Origin: an uncultured Candidatus Rokubacteria bacterium
GTDB taxonomy: Bacteria > Methylomirabilota > Methylomirabilia > Rokubacteriales > DASRDR01
NCBI GenBank assembly: GCA_963708025.1
Contig: CAVPSB010000044.1
Coordinates: 81,877 to 145,876, forward strand
Direction of reading: 5' to 3'
Length of the DNA stretch: 64,000 nucleotides
Below the pieces are notes generated by a model. That model worked only from the letters and a program-made list of their open reading frames with translations, made no database searches and was not told where the DNA came from. Below, piece after piece: positions 20,794-30,973 of the stretch. Numbering within the stretch: the first letter of the stretch is position 1; every line of letters starts with the position of its first letter. The position numbers and the translations under genes were made by a program.

Positions 20794-23292
20794 TCAACGG
20801 CGCCAGCTCTCGATCAGCCCCTTGTACCGATCGGCCAGCTCCTGGGCGCGGGCCCGCGTGCTCGCCTCGGCGATGACGTGGAACAGCGCCCGGTCGGGGT
20901 CCGGGATGGCGGCCACCCAGTCGTCCCCCAGGCGGACCCGGACCCCCTCGACCAGCTCGATGACCTCGTCCCGGGTCAGCTCCAGCAGGCGGCGCATGAC
21001 CGTGCCCTTCCGCTCGTGGGGGCACGGCACGTGGTCGCGGATCAGGTGGCTGGCCGGCACCGAGCGGGCCAGCGCGTGGAGCCGCACCTCGGTCCGGGCC
21101 ATCATGTCGAGGAGCTTCACGGTGGCCAGCATGCCGTCGAACGCCGGCTGGAAGGCCGGGAAGATGCAGCCCCCGCGCTCCTCCCCGACGAAGACCATCC
21201 CCTTCTGCGCCGCCTGCTCCATCAGGGCCCGGGGGCTGGCCCGGGTGTGGAGGAGGCTGAATCCGTGGGCGGCGGTGAGCTGGTCGATGGCGCGCGAGGA
21301 GGTGACCGGGACGGCGATGGTGCCGCGCTCGTGGGTCTGCATGGTGAGCAGCACGACCAGGGCCAGCGAGAGATCGCCCGAGAGGACCTCGCCCTTGTCG
21401 TCCACGAGGAAGAGCTTCTCGGCGCCGGTGTCGAGCAGGATCCCCAGGTCGGCGGCGAGGGTCCGCACGATGTTGGAGAGCTGCTCGAGCGAGCGCCGGA
21501 ACTCCTCGGCGGTCTTCGAGATGCGCGCCTCGTCCAGGTAAGCGTTGAGCGAGATGACGTCCACGCCCAGCTCGCCGAGCACCGAGGGGAAGATCGCCGA
21601 GGCGGCCCCGAAGGCATAGTCGAGGACGACCCGGAACCGGGCGCGGCGGATGGCCTCCCGGTCGACGAAGCGGAGGAGGCCGTCGCGGTAGCGCTCGGTG
21701 CCCTGGTGGGGAAAGGACAGCGTGCCGACCTCGGCCATCGGAGCCCGCTGGAAGTCCTCGCGGAAGAACAGCCGCTCGACCGACTTCTCGCGATCGGGGG
21801 CGAAGTCCATGCCGCGCTGGTCCATCACCTTGATGTCCAGCAGCTCCGGGTCGTAGGGCGATTTCCGGACGTGGGTGCCGGCGGCCAGTCCCAGGGCCGG
21901 GATCTGATAGCGCACGACCGGGATGGGCGCCACGCCCAGGTCCTGCACCTCGACGCCGACCGAGAGGAGGCCGGACATGAGGGCGCGGTTGATCATCCGC
22001 GACGCCTTGTGGTGGTCGCGGCTGGTGATGACGATCCGGCGACGCCCCAGGGAGGCGCCGACGGCGGCGCCGACCTTGGAGGCCAGCTCGGGCGAGATCT
22101 CGTGCCCGGCGAGGCCGGTGATGCCGTAGCGGCCGAAGAGGTTCTTGGTCCAGCGCTCGCCCCAGACCAGGCTCACCGCCAGCGTCGCCCCGTCCTCGAC
22201 CTCCTTGGACGGCCACACCTTCACGTTGGCGCGGATGACCGCCTCCGCCCCGATCTTGCAGAAGTCGCTGATGACGGCGCCTTCCTGGATGGTGGCGTGA
22301 GCGCGGATCACCGCCCGGCGGCCCACCACGCACTCCTTCAGGACCGCGCGCGGCCCGACCTCGGCGCCCTCCCAGAGGACGCAGCCGTCGAGCACCGCTC
22401 CCTCCCCGATCACGCAGTCGGGGCCGATCACGGAGTAGGCGAGACGGGCGTTCGGCTCGATGCGCGCCCCCCGACCGACGATCACCGCGCCGGTCAGGTG
22501 GGCCGTGAAATCGGCCCGGGCGCCGTCGTCGAGCCAGACGTCCCGGTCGAGGCCTTCCACCTTCCGGCCGGGCGGGGTGAGACGCACGCGACCCTGGAGG
22601 AGGTCGAGGTGGGCCAGGCGGTACTCCACCAGGTCGCCGACATCGCGCCAGTACCCGTCGGCGATGTGCCCCGCCACCACCCGCCCGTCCCGGAGGAGCG
22701 CGGGGTAGAGGTCCTTGCCGAAGTCGTACTCCCGCCCGGCCGGGATCGCGGCGAACACCGACGGCTCCAGGAGGTAGATGCCGGTGTTGATGGTGTCGCT
22801 GAAGACCTCACCCCAGCTCGGCTTCTCCAGGAAGCGGGTGATCCGCCCGGCCTGGTCGGTGATCACGATGCCGTAGGCCAGCGGGTTCTCGACCCGCGTC
22901 AGCACCATGGTGGCCTCGGCCTTGGCCGCCGCGTGGAAGGCGACGGCGGCGCCGAGGTCGAAGTCGGTCACGATGTCCCCGGAGATGACGAGGATCGGTT
23001 CCCCGAACGATTCGGCGGCAAACTTCACGGCGCCGGCGGTGCCGAGGTCGGCGGCGGGCGTCACGTACGAGATGCGAACGCCCCAGCGGCTGCCGTCCCC
23101 GAAGTGCTCGGTGATCGCCTCCGGCAGGAAGTAGAGCAGCATGACGATGTCGTCGAAGCCGTGGGCCCGGAGCAGCTCGACGGTGTGCTCCACGATGGGC
23201 TTGTTCCCGAGGGGGACCATCGGCTTCGGCACGTTGGCGGTCAAGGGCCGAAGTCGCGTCCCGAATCCGCCGGCCATGATCACGGCTTTCAC
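20794..23292 (-). CDS. Mannose-1-phosphate guanylyltransferase / phosphomannomutase fusion
   Basis: MAGGFGTRLRPLT..PKP nucleotidyltransferase, hexapeptide LbH region, PGM/PMM-like C-terminal half. Confidence 0.9.
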   Translation of the reverse strand: MKAVIMAGGFGTRLRPLTANVPKPMVPLGNKPIVEHTVELLRAHGFDDIVMLLYFLPEAITEHFGDGSRWGVRISYVTPAADLGTAGAVKFAAESFGEPILVISGDIVTDFDLGAAVAFHAAAKAEATMVLTRVENPLAYGIVITDQAGRITRFLEKPSWGEVFSDTINTGIYLLEPSVFAAIPAGREYDFGKDLYPALLRDGRVVAGHIADGYWRDVGDLVEYRLAHLDLLQGRVRLTPPGRKVEGLDRDVWLDDGARADFTAHLTGAVIVGRGARIEPNARLAYSVIGPDCVIGEGAVLDGCVLWEGAEVGPRAVLKECVVGRRAVIRAHATIQEGAVISDFCKIGAEAVIRANVKVWPSKEVEDGATLAVSLVWGERWTKNLFGRYGITGLAGHEISPELASKVGAAVGASLGRRRIVITSRDHHKASRMINRALMSGLLSVGVEVQDLGVAPIPVVRYQIPALGLAAGTHVRKSPYDPELLDIKVMDQRGMDFAPDREKSVERLFFREDFQRAPMAEVGTLSFPHQGTERYRDGLLRFVDREAIRRARFRVVLDYAFGAASAIFPSVLGELGVDVISLNAYLDEARISKTAEEFRRSLEQLSNIVRTLAADLGILLDTGAEKLFLVDDKGEVLSGDLSLALVVLLTMQTHERGTIAVPVTSSRAIDQLTAAHGFSLLHTRASPRALMEQAAQKGMVFVGEERGGCIFPAFQPAFDGMLATVKLLDMMARTEVRLHALARSVPASHLIRDHVPCPHERKGTVMRRLLELTRDEVIELVEGVRVRLGDDWVAAIPDPDRALFHVIAEASTRARAQELADRYKGLIESWRR

Positions 23293-23325
23293 GGCGTGGT
23301 CACCGTGCAGGATTATAGCCCGGGA

Positions 23326-24090
23326 TCACCCCGGATAGCGCCGGTAAGCGACGCGGTCCGGCCGGCGAAAGAGGAAGAGGAGGGCCATGCCGGCCACGAA
23401 GCCGCCCACGTGGGCGAGGAAGGCGATGCCCCCCGCCTCGCCTCGACCCAGGGCGCCGCTGCCGAAGGTGAAGAGCCCGTTGATGACCTGGAGCACGACC
23501 CAGAAGCCGAGCACGACGAGGGCCGGGATGGGCACCAGCCGCACGAAGAAGCCGAAGATGACCAGGGTCCACACCCGGGCGTTCGGGTACAGGAGGAGGT
23601 AAGCGCCGAGCGCGCCCGAGACCGCCCCGCTGGCGCCCACCATGGGGACGGTCGCGCGGGGGTCGCTCAGGTACTGGGCGAAGGCGGCCGCCACCCCGCA
23701 CAGGAGGTAGAAGACGAGGAAGCGGACCTTGCCCATCGCGTCCTCGACGTTGTCGCCAAAGATCCAGAGGTAGAGCATGTTGCCGCCCACGTGGAAGAGG
23801 CCGCCGTGGAGGAACATGGACGTGAAGATCGTGAGCCAGGGTGGCGGCGCCGTGGCTAGCGCGGTGCCCAGGCTGGCGGGGCAGACGTCCCCCAGCCGGC
23901 ACGGGATGAGCCCGAACTCGTAGATGAACGCCTGGTAGGCGCGCTCGGCGGTGGCGGCGGTCTCTGGGCTGGCCGCCCCCGGGAAGCCGAGCACGAACTC
24001 GTAGAGGTAGACGAGAACGTTGGCGACGATCAGCCCGATGGTGACGAGAGGGAACGACTGGACCGGCGCGTCGTCCTTCAGCGGGAACAC
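23326..24090 (-). CDS. Rhomboid intramembrane serine protease
   Basis: MFLHGG..H..GNM, GASGA, AHVGGF. Confidence 0.93.
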   Translation of the reverse strand: MFPLKDDAPVQSFPLVTIGLIVANVLVYLYEFVLGFPGAASPETAATAERAYQAFIYEFGLIPCRLGDVCPASLGTALATAPPPWLTIFTSMFLHGGLFHVGGNMLYLWIFGDNVEDAMGKVRFLVFYLLCGVAAAFAQYLSDPRATVPMVGASGAVSGALGAYLLLYPNARVWTLVIFGFFVRLVPIPALVVLGFWVVLQVINGLFTFGSGALGRGEAGGIAFLAHVGGFVAGMALLFLFRRPDRVAYRRYPG

Positions 24091-24114
24091 GTCGGGCTCC
24101 CGGTCGGGCCGGTT

Positions 24115-25376
24115 CTAGTCCGGGCCGACGACGACGACGGTGGGCTCTGTCAGGTAGCGCCGAGCGACGTGCTGGACGTCCGCGCTCGTGACCGCCAGGA
24201 GGCGGTCGCGGTAGCCCTGGACGTACTGGTAACCGACGCCCATCAGCTCGAAGAAGCCGAGGTAGAAGCTCTGGCGCTCGTTCGTCCGGAGATCCAGGTC
24301 GAACGACCCGGCCAGGAACGCCTTGCCGCGAGCCAGCTCCTCGGCGGGGACCGGCTCATCCCGCAGCCGGGCGAGCTCGCGCATCATTCCTTCCTCGGCC
24401 GGCTCCCGGTTGGTCGGAGCCGTCCCGATGTAGACCACGACCCGGCTCGCCTCCCGGCGGGTCGGGTAGAACGAGCCGACGGCGTAGGCCAGCCCCGCCT
24501 CGTCGCGCAACGTGCGAAAGAGGCGGCCCGACATCCCGCCCCCCAGGATCGCGTTGGCGAGCTTGAGGGGCAGATGATCGGGATGGTCGATCGGCGGCGC
24601 CAGGAACCCGACCAGGACCTGGGTCTGGTGGATGGGCCGGGTCTCGGCGAGCCTTGGCGTCGCCGGGCGCGCGGGTGGCGGCGGGAGCGCCGGCGCGGCG
24701 CCGCGTCGGGGCAGGTCGCCGAAGACGCGGGCCACCTCGTCGAGAACGTCGGCGGCGGCCACCTGCCCCGAGATCGCGAGGACCATGCGCTCGGGATCCG
24801 TGGAGGCCTCGAAGTGCCGCACCAAGTCGTCGCGCGAGAGGCGACGGACGGTGTCGGGCGAGCCGGGCACCGGCAACCCGTAGGGATGCTCGCCGAAGAG
24901 GGCCCGGCTCAGGAGCCGGTTGGCAACCTGGAAGGGCTGGTCCTCGAGTCCCCGGATCTGGGCCAGCAGGGTCTCCCGCTCCCGCTCGATCTCGTCGGGC
25001 GCGAACGCCGGCGCCGTCGCGACGTCGTGGAGCAGGTCGAGCAGCGTCCGCCAGTGCCGGGCCAGGCCGCGCGTCCGCAGCTCCGAGTACTCCTGGTCGG
25101 TCGCGCTCTCCAGCGCGCCGCCGGCGTCCTCGGCGGCCTGGGCGAGCGCCAGGGCCGGGCGCGAGTGCGTGCCCTTGATGAGGACTCGGCCCAGGAGCGT
25201 GCTGACCCCGCTCGTGGCGGCCGACTCGTCGCGCGAGCCCGCGCCGAGGAACAGGGTCAGGGCGGCGACCGGCGCTGCGCGGTTCTCACGGACGACCACG
25301 GTCAAGCCGTTGGGGAGCCGCGCACGCGCGACCCCTGCCGGCGCGGGAGCGACGGTCGCGCCGAGGTGCCGATCAT
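24115..25376 (-). CDS. M16 peptidase-like subunit lacking HxxEH (1-nt indel at 5' end)
   Basis: RLPNGLTVVVRE, KGT, GGGMSGRLFRTLRDEAGLAY. ATG 25376 is out of frame with the body. Confidence 0.85.
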
Positions 25377-26668
25377 GGGGGCCCGTCCGGCGTCAGGACG
25401 GCGACCGTGAAGCGATCGGGCACGAGGTAGCGCTCGGCCACCTCCTGGATCCGCTCCCGGGTGACCTTCCGGATCTCGTCGAGGTAGCGGAGCTCGAACT
25501 CCAGGGTCCACACCGATTCCGCCAGCCCGTACGAGTACGCCACCCCTTCGGCGGTCTCGTGACCGAAGGCATAGCCCGCTTCCACCGCGGTGAGGGCCCG
25601 GGCCAGCTCCGCCTCGCTGACCGGGGCGCGGCGGACACGCTCCAGCTCCTCGAGGAGAGCCCCCTCGACCTCGCGCGCCCGCCCGGCGTCGGTCCGCGCG
25701 GTCACCGCGATGGTGCCCGCCTCGCGCTGGGCCCAGTAGCTGGCGCCGATGGTCGAGACCAGGCCCCGTTGCTCCTTCAGCGCCTGGTAGAGGCGCGAGG
25801 TCCGGCCCCGGCCCAGGATCGACGCCAAGAGGTCCGCGGCGTACATGTCGGGGCCCGGCGCCGCCGGACCGCGCCACGCGACCCCGACGTAGGCCTGCTG
25901 GAGGGGCCGCGGCTCCTCGACGCGCTCGACGACGGCCAGGTCGGGAGGCACGGCGCGCGGCCTTGGCGCGAGCCGGCTCGGCGTCCAGCCCCCGAACGCC
26001 TCGCGGACCTGCGCCAGTGTCCGGGCGGGGTCCAGGTTGCCGATGACGACGACCGTCGCGTTGCCCGGGGCGTAGTGGCGCCGGTAGTAGTCGAGGATGC
26101 GCTCGCGGGGCGCCTCGCCGATCGACTCCGGAGTCCCTAGCACGTCCTTGGCGTACGGGTGGCCGGCGAAGTGGTGGCGGGTCAGGACCCGCCAGAGATA
26201 CCCGCTCGGATTGTCCCGCGAGCGCCGGATCTCCTCCAGCACGACGAGCCGCTCGCGCTCGAGCTCGCCGGCGTCGAAGGCGGCGTGCCTGGCGGCGTCG
26301 GCGACCACGTCGAGGGCGGTGTCGAGATGCCGGGCCGGCAGCACCACGTGGTAGTAGGTGAAGTCCTGCGAGGTGGCGGCGTTCATCTCGCCGCCGAGGG
26401 CAGAGATCGTCCGGTCGATCTCCCCCGGCACCCGGGTGGGGGTGCCCTTGAAGAGGAGGTGCTCGATGAAGTGTGACAGCCCGGCCTCGTCCTCGGCCTC
26501 GTCCCGGGCGCCGACCCCGAACCAGAGCTGAACGGCGGCGACGTCGGCCGCCGGGTGCTCGCGGAAGATGACGGTCAGGTCGTTGTCGAGCCGGGTCCGC
26601 TGGGGCACCGGGGCATCGGCGGCCGTGGCCACGGCCATAGCCGCGCCCGAGGCGAGAAGATTGGACAA
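25373..26668 (-). CDS. M16 zinc peptidase, catalytic subunit
   Basis: GLSHFIEHLLFKGT, NAATSQD, ERLVVLEEI. Confidence 0.92.
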   Translation of the reverse strand: MSNLLASGAAMAVATAADAPVPQRTRLDNDLTVIFREHPAADVAAVQLWFGVGARDEAEDEAGLSHFIEHLLFKGTPTRVPGEIDRTISALGGEMNAATSQDFTYYHVVLPARHLDTALDVVADAARHAAFDAGELERERLVVLEEIRRSRDNPSGYLWRVLTRHHFAGHPYAKDVLGTPESIGEAPRERILDYYRRHYAPGNATVVVIGNLDPARTLAQVREAFGGWTPSRLAPRPRAVPPDLAVVERVEEPRPLQQAYVGVAWRGPAAPGPDMYAADLLASILGRGRTSRLYQALKEQRGLVSTIGASYWAQREAGTIAVTARTDAGRAREVEGALLEELERVRRAPVSEAELARALTAVEAGYAFGHETAEGVAYSYGLAESVWTLEFELRYLDEIRKVTRERIQEVAERYLVPDRFTVAVLTPDGPP

Positions 26669-26846
26669 CGCCGTGTGGGCTCCCGTGATGGTGTGAGACC
26701 GCTGCGGGCCTGCTCCCGCTCGCTACCGCGCCGACACGACCAGCCTAGCAGACGCCTCCGGGGCCCGCAAGACAGCGCCTTTCCTGTGCCTTTCCTGCCC
26801 ACTCCGCGCCCGAGCCGAAGTGCCCGCGATCCCTCTCCGGCCGATT

Positions 26847-26964
26847 GGCTTCTCGCAGCGTGCTTCTGCCGGCCTCGCGGCTATGGTGTTCCGCTCCGCG
26901 CCGCGGCTTCGCCGCGGCCTCTGAGGGGGGGGGGGAATCGGGGGGGTCTTCCGAGACCCCCCCG
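26847..26964. repeat. Intergenic repeat family 1 copy
   Basis: GGCTTCTCGCA, GCCGCGGCTTCGCCGCGGC, GGGGGGGTCTTCCGAGACCCCCCC. Confidence 0.8.
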
Positions 26965-26971
26965 AAAGGTT

Positions 26972-27322
26972 CTAGCGGCGCTCGACCCGCCGCTCCTGCA
27001 GGCGGCCCGCCATGAAGTGCAGGTGGAGGTGGTGGACGTGCTGGCCGCCCTCGGGCCCGCAGTTGATCGCCAGCCGGTAGCCTCGCTCGGCAAAGCCCAG
27101 CGCCTCGCCCAGGTGCTTGGCCGTCAGGACGAGCCGCGCCACGACGTCGGCGTCGGCAGGGGTGAGGGTCATGACCGACTCGACGTGGCGCTTCGGGATG
27201 ACGAGGAGGTGAACCGGCGCCTTGGGGTAGATGTCCCGGAAGGCGAGGACCTGGTCGTCCTCGTACTCGATGTCGGCGGGCGCCTGGCGCGCGACGATCT
27301 GGCAGAAGAGGCAGGTCGCCAC
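26972..27322 (-). CDS. HIT family (HinT-like) hydrolase
   Basis: CLFCQIV, AFRDIYPKAPVHLLVIPK, GQHVHHLHLH; GTG at 27322. Confidence 0.92.
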   Translation of the reverse strand: MATCLFCQIVARQAPADIEYEDDQVLAFRDIYPKAPVHLLVIPKRHVESVMTLTPADADVVARLVLTAKHLGEALGFAERGYRLAINCGPEGGQHVHHLHLHFMAGRLQERRVERR

Positions 27323-27332
27323 GCCCTCGGCC

Positions 27333-28316
27333 TCAGGGCGCGTGCCGCTCGCGCCCGGCCTCCGTCCGGATCTCCATGAACGCCCGCACGATCTCGGGAT
27401 CGAGCTGGCCGGTCCGCGCCCCCTCCAGCAGGATCCGGAGCGCCTCCGCCTCTTCGAGGGGTGGCTTGTAGGGGCGCCGCGTCCGCAGGGCGTCGTAGAC
27501 GTCCACCACCGCCATGAGGCGGGCCAGGTGGGGGATCTCCTCACCGACCAGCTTGTCGGGGTAGCCGTGGCCGTCGATCCGCTCGTGGTGGTGGCGGATG
27601 AGCGGCCGGACCAGGGACAGCGTGCGCATGGGCGTGGCGAGCCGATCGCCGGCGTCGGGGTGCTCCCGGATCATCCGCCACTCGTCGGGGGTGAGGGGCC
27701 CCGCTTTCAGCAGCACGGCGTCCGGCACTCGGATCTTCCCCAGATCGTGCAGGAAGCCGCCCAGCCGGAGCGCGCTCAGCTCTTCGTGGCCGAGCCCCAG
27801 CCGCTCGCCCAGCTCCACCGCGTAGCTGGCCAGCCGGACGCAGTGGCCGGCGGTGTAGGTGTCGCGCGCCTCGATGGTCAGGGCGAGCGTCGTGATCATG
27901 CTCTCCGCCTGCTCCAGCTCCTCGACCACCCGCTTGAGGCGGATCAGGGCGCGGAGGCGGGCGCGCAGCTCCCGCAGGTGGACGGGCTTGGTGAAGTAGT
28001 CGTCGGCGCCGGCCTCGAGCCCGGCCACCCGGGTGTCCAGCTCGCCCTGGGCGGTCAGGAGCACGACCGGGATGAGGTGGGTCGCCTGGTCGGCCTTGAG
28101 CTGGCGGCAGAGCTCGATTCCGGTGATCCCGGGCATGCGGACGTCGAGGAGGATGAGGTCGGGCAGCTCGCCGGTGATGTTGGCGAGGGCTTCTTCCGCG
28201 GACCCCGCCTCGCGGGTTGCGTACCCCAGGTGCTCGACGGAATCCCGGATCGTCTCGCGGACCACCGGGTCGTCGTCGACGATCAGGACGCGGGCCCGGC
28301 CGGGCGTGGTGCTCAT
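27333..28316 (-). CDS. Response regulator with HD-GYP c-di-GMP phosphodiesterase domain
   Basis: REC (LIVDDD, LLDVRMP, TKP); LHDLGK, HHHERIDGHGYP, RRPYK. Confidence 0.92.
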   Translation of the reverse strand: MSTTPGRARVLIVDDDPVVRETIRDSVEHLGYATREAGSAEEALANITGELPDLILLDVRMPGITGIELCRQLKADQATHLIPVVLLTAQGELDTRVAGLEAGADDYFTKPVHLRELRARLRALIRLKRVVEELEQAESMITTLALTIEARDTYTAGHCVRLASYAVELGERLGLGHEELSALRLGGFLHDLGKIRVPDAVLLKAGPLTPDEWRMIREHPDAGDRLATPMRTLSLVRPLIRHHHERIDGHGYPDKLVGEEIPHLARLMAVVDVYDALRTRRPYKPPLEEAEALRILLEGARTGQLDPEIVRAFMEIRTEAGRERHAP

Positions 28317-28364
28317 GACCGGGACCGTGGCGGCGCCGGGCACGAGCGCGGAGCGGATGGTCTC

Positions 28365-28465
28365 TGTTCGGGACCTCCCGCCCACCCCCCAGCCCCCCGT
28401 CCCCCAGTGTCTGGACGGCCTTCGGCCTGTGGCGGGGGGGAGGGGGGTATCGGAGCCCCTGCCTA
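28365..28465. repeat. Intergenic repeat family 2 copy with 20-bp module
   Basis: TGTTCGGGACCTCCCGCCCACCC...GGACGGCCTTCGGCCTGTGG...GGGGAGGGGG. Confidence 0.75.
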
Positions 28466-28468
28466 CTC

Positions 28469-30907
28469 TCACGATTTGACGGGGAGGTTGACGGTGAACC
28501 AGGTGCCCCGGTCCACCTCGCTCTCGACGGAGATCTTGCCGCCCAGGAGCTGGACCAGACGCCGGGTCACTGTCAGCAGCAGGCCGGTTCCCGGCAGCTT
28601 CCGGGTGCCCCGGGGGGCCACCAGGAGAAACGGCTCGAAGAGCTTCGCCTGCTCCTCGGTGGTGAAGCCGGCGCCGTCGTCCGCCACCGTCAGCACGACC
28701 TCGGGGCCCTTGAGGTAGCAGCTGACGCGGATCTCGCCGAGCTCGGTGTACTTCGCCGATGTCGTCACGAGGTTCGTGAGGATCTGCTCGACGCGCCGGG
28801 CGTCGGAGACCACCTGGCCGACCTCGGGCTTGACGTCGGTCACGATGCGATTGCCGCGGGCGGCCGCCCGCGGCTGGAGGGTCCGCACGATCCGCTGGAC
28901 CATCTCGGGCAGGTTGAACGACGCCCTGGCCGTCTTGAGCTGCTGGCCGTTGATGGCGGAGAGCGTCACCAGGTTGTCGATCAGCTCGATGATCTCCTCG
29001 CCGCGGGTGTGCAGGATCTCGAGCTGCTGCTGGGCCTCGGCCCCCAGCGGCTTCTGGATCCCGTCGAGCAGGAAGCGTGGCAGGTCGAGGAGTGCCGTGA
29101 GCGGGCCTCGCAGCTCCTCGCTGACCGTCTTCTGGAGCTGCGCCCGCATCCGCTTGGCCTCCTCCGCCGCCGGGTCCATCCGGATGACTTCTTTGATCTG
29201 CACCGTGGGCTGGACCTGCATCCGGATCGTCTGCTGCAGCTCCTCGGTCTGGCGCCGGGCCGCCTGGGCCTGCCGGTCCGCCTCCGCTTTCTCCATCGCG
29301 GCCTTCTGCAAGGCCTCCATCTGCTCGGCGACCTTCGCCTCGAGGCCCACGGTGTTCCGGCGGACGTCCTCCAGCGCCCGCTCGTGCTCGAGGGCCTGGG
29401 TCGTGCGGCGCGCCATCGCCTCCAACCGCTGGACCTCGCCGTCGGTGAAGGTGTGGGGGTTCCGGTAGCCGACCTCCACCGCCCCGATCACCCGCTCCCC
29501 CGAGAGAACCGGCACGGCGGCGAGGGAGCGCAGGCCGATCGCCCTGATGTAGGGCTCCTCGACCCGGTAGTCGCCCTCGACGTCTTCGATGAGGATCGCC
29601 TCCCGCCCGCCCATCACGGCGCCCGCCAGCCCCTGGCCGCGTCGGAGCACGCCGTCCGTCGGCGTGGCGCCGAAGCCGACCGCCGCCTTGGTGACCAGCC
29701 CGGCGTCCTCCTGCACGACGAGGACGCCGGCGTCGGCTCCCATGCCGACCACCATCTTCCGGAGCAGCTCCGGCAGCACGGCGCTGACCGAGCGATCGCT
29801 GCCGATCGCGGCGCCGGCCGCCTCCTCGACCTGGCTGACGGCCTCGTGCTCGCGCTGCTTGTTCCGGAGCCAGCCGACCACCCGGTTGAAGGATTCGGTG
29901 AGGGCGCCGACCTCGCCGCCGGCCGTGAGCGGGATGGTCGTCGGGAGGTCACCCGTCTCCAGCCGGCTCATGGCGGCGCGCAGCCGGCCCATCCCGGCCG
30001 CGGTCCGCCGGGCCATGGCGAGGGCGAGGGCCAGACTCAGGACCGCGATGACCGCCACACCCCCGGCGACCTGGGCCAGCAGGCTCCGCGCATCCGCGAG
30101 GACCTGCGCCGAGGGATGGCCGACCGCCAGCACCCAGCCGACCGGACGGATCGGCGCCGTCCCGCCTAGCCGCATCTCGCCGTCCGCGAACACGATCTCC
30201 CCGGTCGTCTGGCGCTCCCGGGTCTCGGCCCCGCCCGGGACGCTCTGCATGAGGAAGAGGCTGGGCTGGCGGGCGACGACCACGCCCCGGTCCGTCATAA
30301 CCTCCGCGACCGTGCCCTCCCGCAGGCGGCCGCGGGCGAGGAGATCCTGGAAGCGTCGCAGGTTGAGGTCGCCCGCGACGACTCCCCGGAACTGGTTGTC
30401 GGCGGTGCGGACCGCGGTGTAGACGCCGACGGTGACGTCCTGGCCCGGTTGCCGGGGCTCGCCGATGAAGGGCTGGGTCGAGGTCGCCGCCCGCTTGAAC
30501 CACTCCTGGTCGCCCAGCACCGGTCGACGACCCTCCGGCTGGCCACCGGCGGCGGCGATTACCGCGCCGACGGGGTCCAGCACCAGCACCTGGTCGAAGT
30601 CGGGGTAGGTCTGGCGGAGGCGGCGGGCCTGAGCCTCGGCGGCGGCCGGGGTAGCGCCGGCGGCGGCGACCGCGTCCGCGGCGGCGCCGATGCCGTCGAC
30701 TCGCGCGGTCAGATGCCCCTCGAGCTGGGTCGCCAGCGCGCGGGCCTGGCTCAGGCCCTCCTGCTGGACGCGCCCCTTCTCCCGGCCGACCTGGGCGTAG
30801 CCGAAATAGGAGAAGAGCGCAAGGAAGGGGAGGATGCTGGCGAGCGCGACCGCCAGAAAGGTCCGGCGGAGCGAGCCGCGGCCCCCTCCCCCGGCCGCCC
30901 TCGGCAT
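28469..30907 (-). CDS. Membrane sensor (Cache-HAMP-GAF-HisKA-HATPase), degenerate histidine kinase
   Basis: Two TM helices, HAMP (GEVGALTESFN), GAF. H-box SEELRGPL lacks His; N-box NLVTTSAKYT; G2 GTGLLL. Confidence 0.85.
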   Translation of the reverse strand: MPRAAGGGGRGSLRRTFLAVALASILPFLALFSYFGYAQVGREKGRVQQEGLSQARALATQLEGHLTARVDGIGAAADAVAAAGATPAAAEAQARRLRQTYPDFDQVLVLDPVGAVIAAAGGQPEGRRPVLGDQEWFKRAATSTQPFIGEPRQPGQDVTVGVYTAVRTADNQFRGVVAGDLNLRRFQDLLARGRLREGTVAEVMTDRGVVVARQPSLFLMQSVPGGAETRERQTTGEIVFADGEMRLGGTAPIRPVGWVLAVGHPSAQVLADARSLLAQVAGGVAVIAVLSLALALAMARRTAAGMGRLRAAMSRLETGDLPTTIPLTAGGEVGALTESFNRVVGWLRNKQREHEAVSQVEEAAGAAIGSDRSVSAVLPELLRKMVVGMGADAGVLVVQEDAGLVTKAAVGFGATPTDGVLRRGQGLAGAVMGGREAILIEDVEGDYRVEEPYIRAIGLRSLAAVPVLSGERVIGAVEVGYRNPHTFTDGEVQRLEAMARRTTQALEHERALEDVRRNTVGLEAKVAEQMEALQKAAMEKAEADRQAQAARRQTEELQQTIRMQVQPTVQIKEVIRMDPAAEEAKRMRAQLQKTVSEELRGPLTALLDLPRFLLDGIQKPLGAEAQQQLEILHTRGEEIIELIDNLVTLSAINGQQLKTARASFNLPEMVQRIVRTLQPRAAARGNRIVTDVKPEVGQVVSDARRVEQILTNLVTTSAKYTELGEIRVSCYLKGPEVVLTVADDGAGFTTEEQAKLFEPFLLVAPRGTRKLPGTGLLLTVTRRLVQLLGGKISVESEVDRGTWFTVNLPVKS

Positions 30908-30973
30908 GCTACCGGCTCGCGCGGGTAGTCGATGTCGCGAAAATCACGGGCTCAGGCTACCACGACAGGGGCG

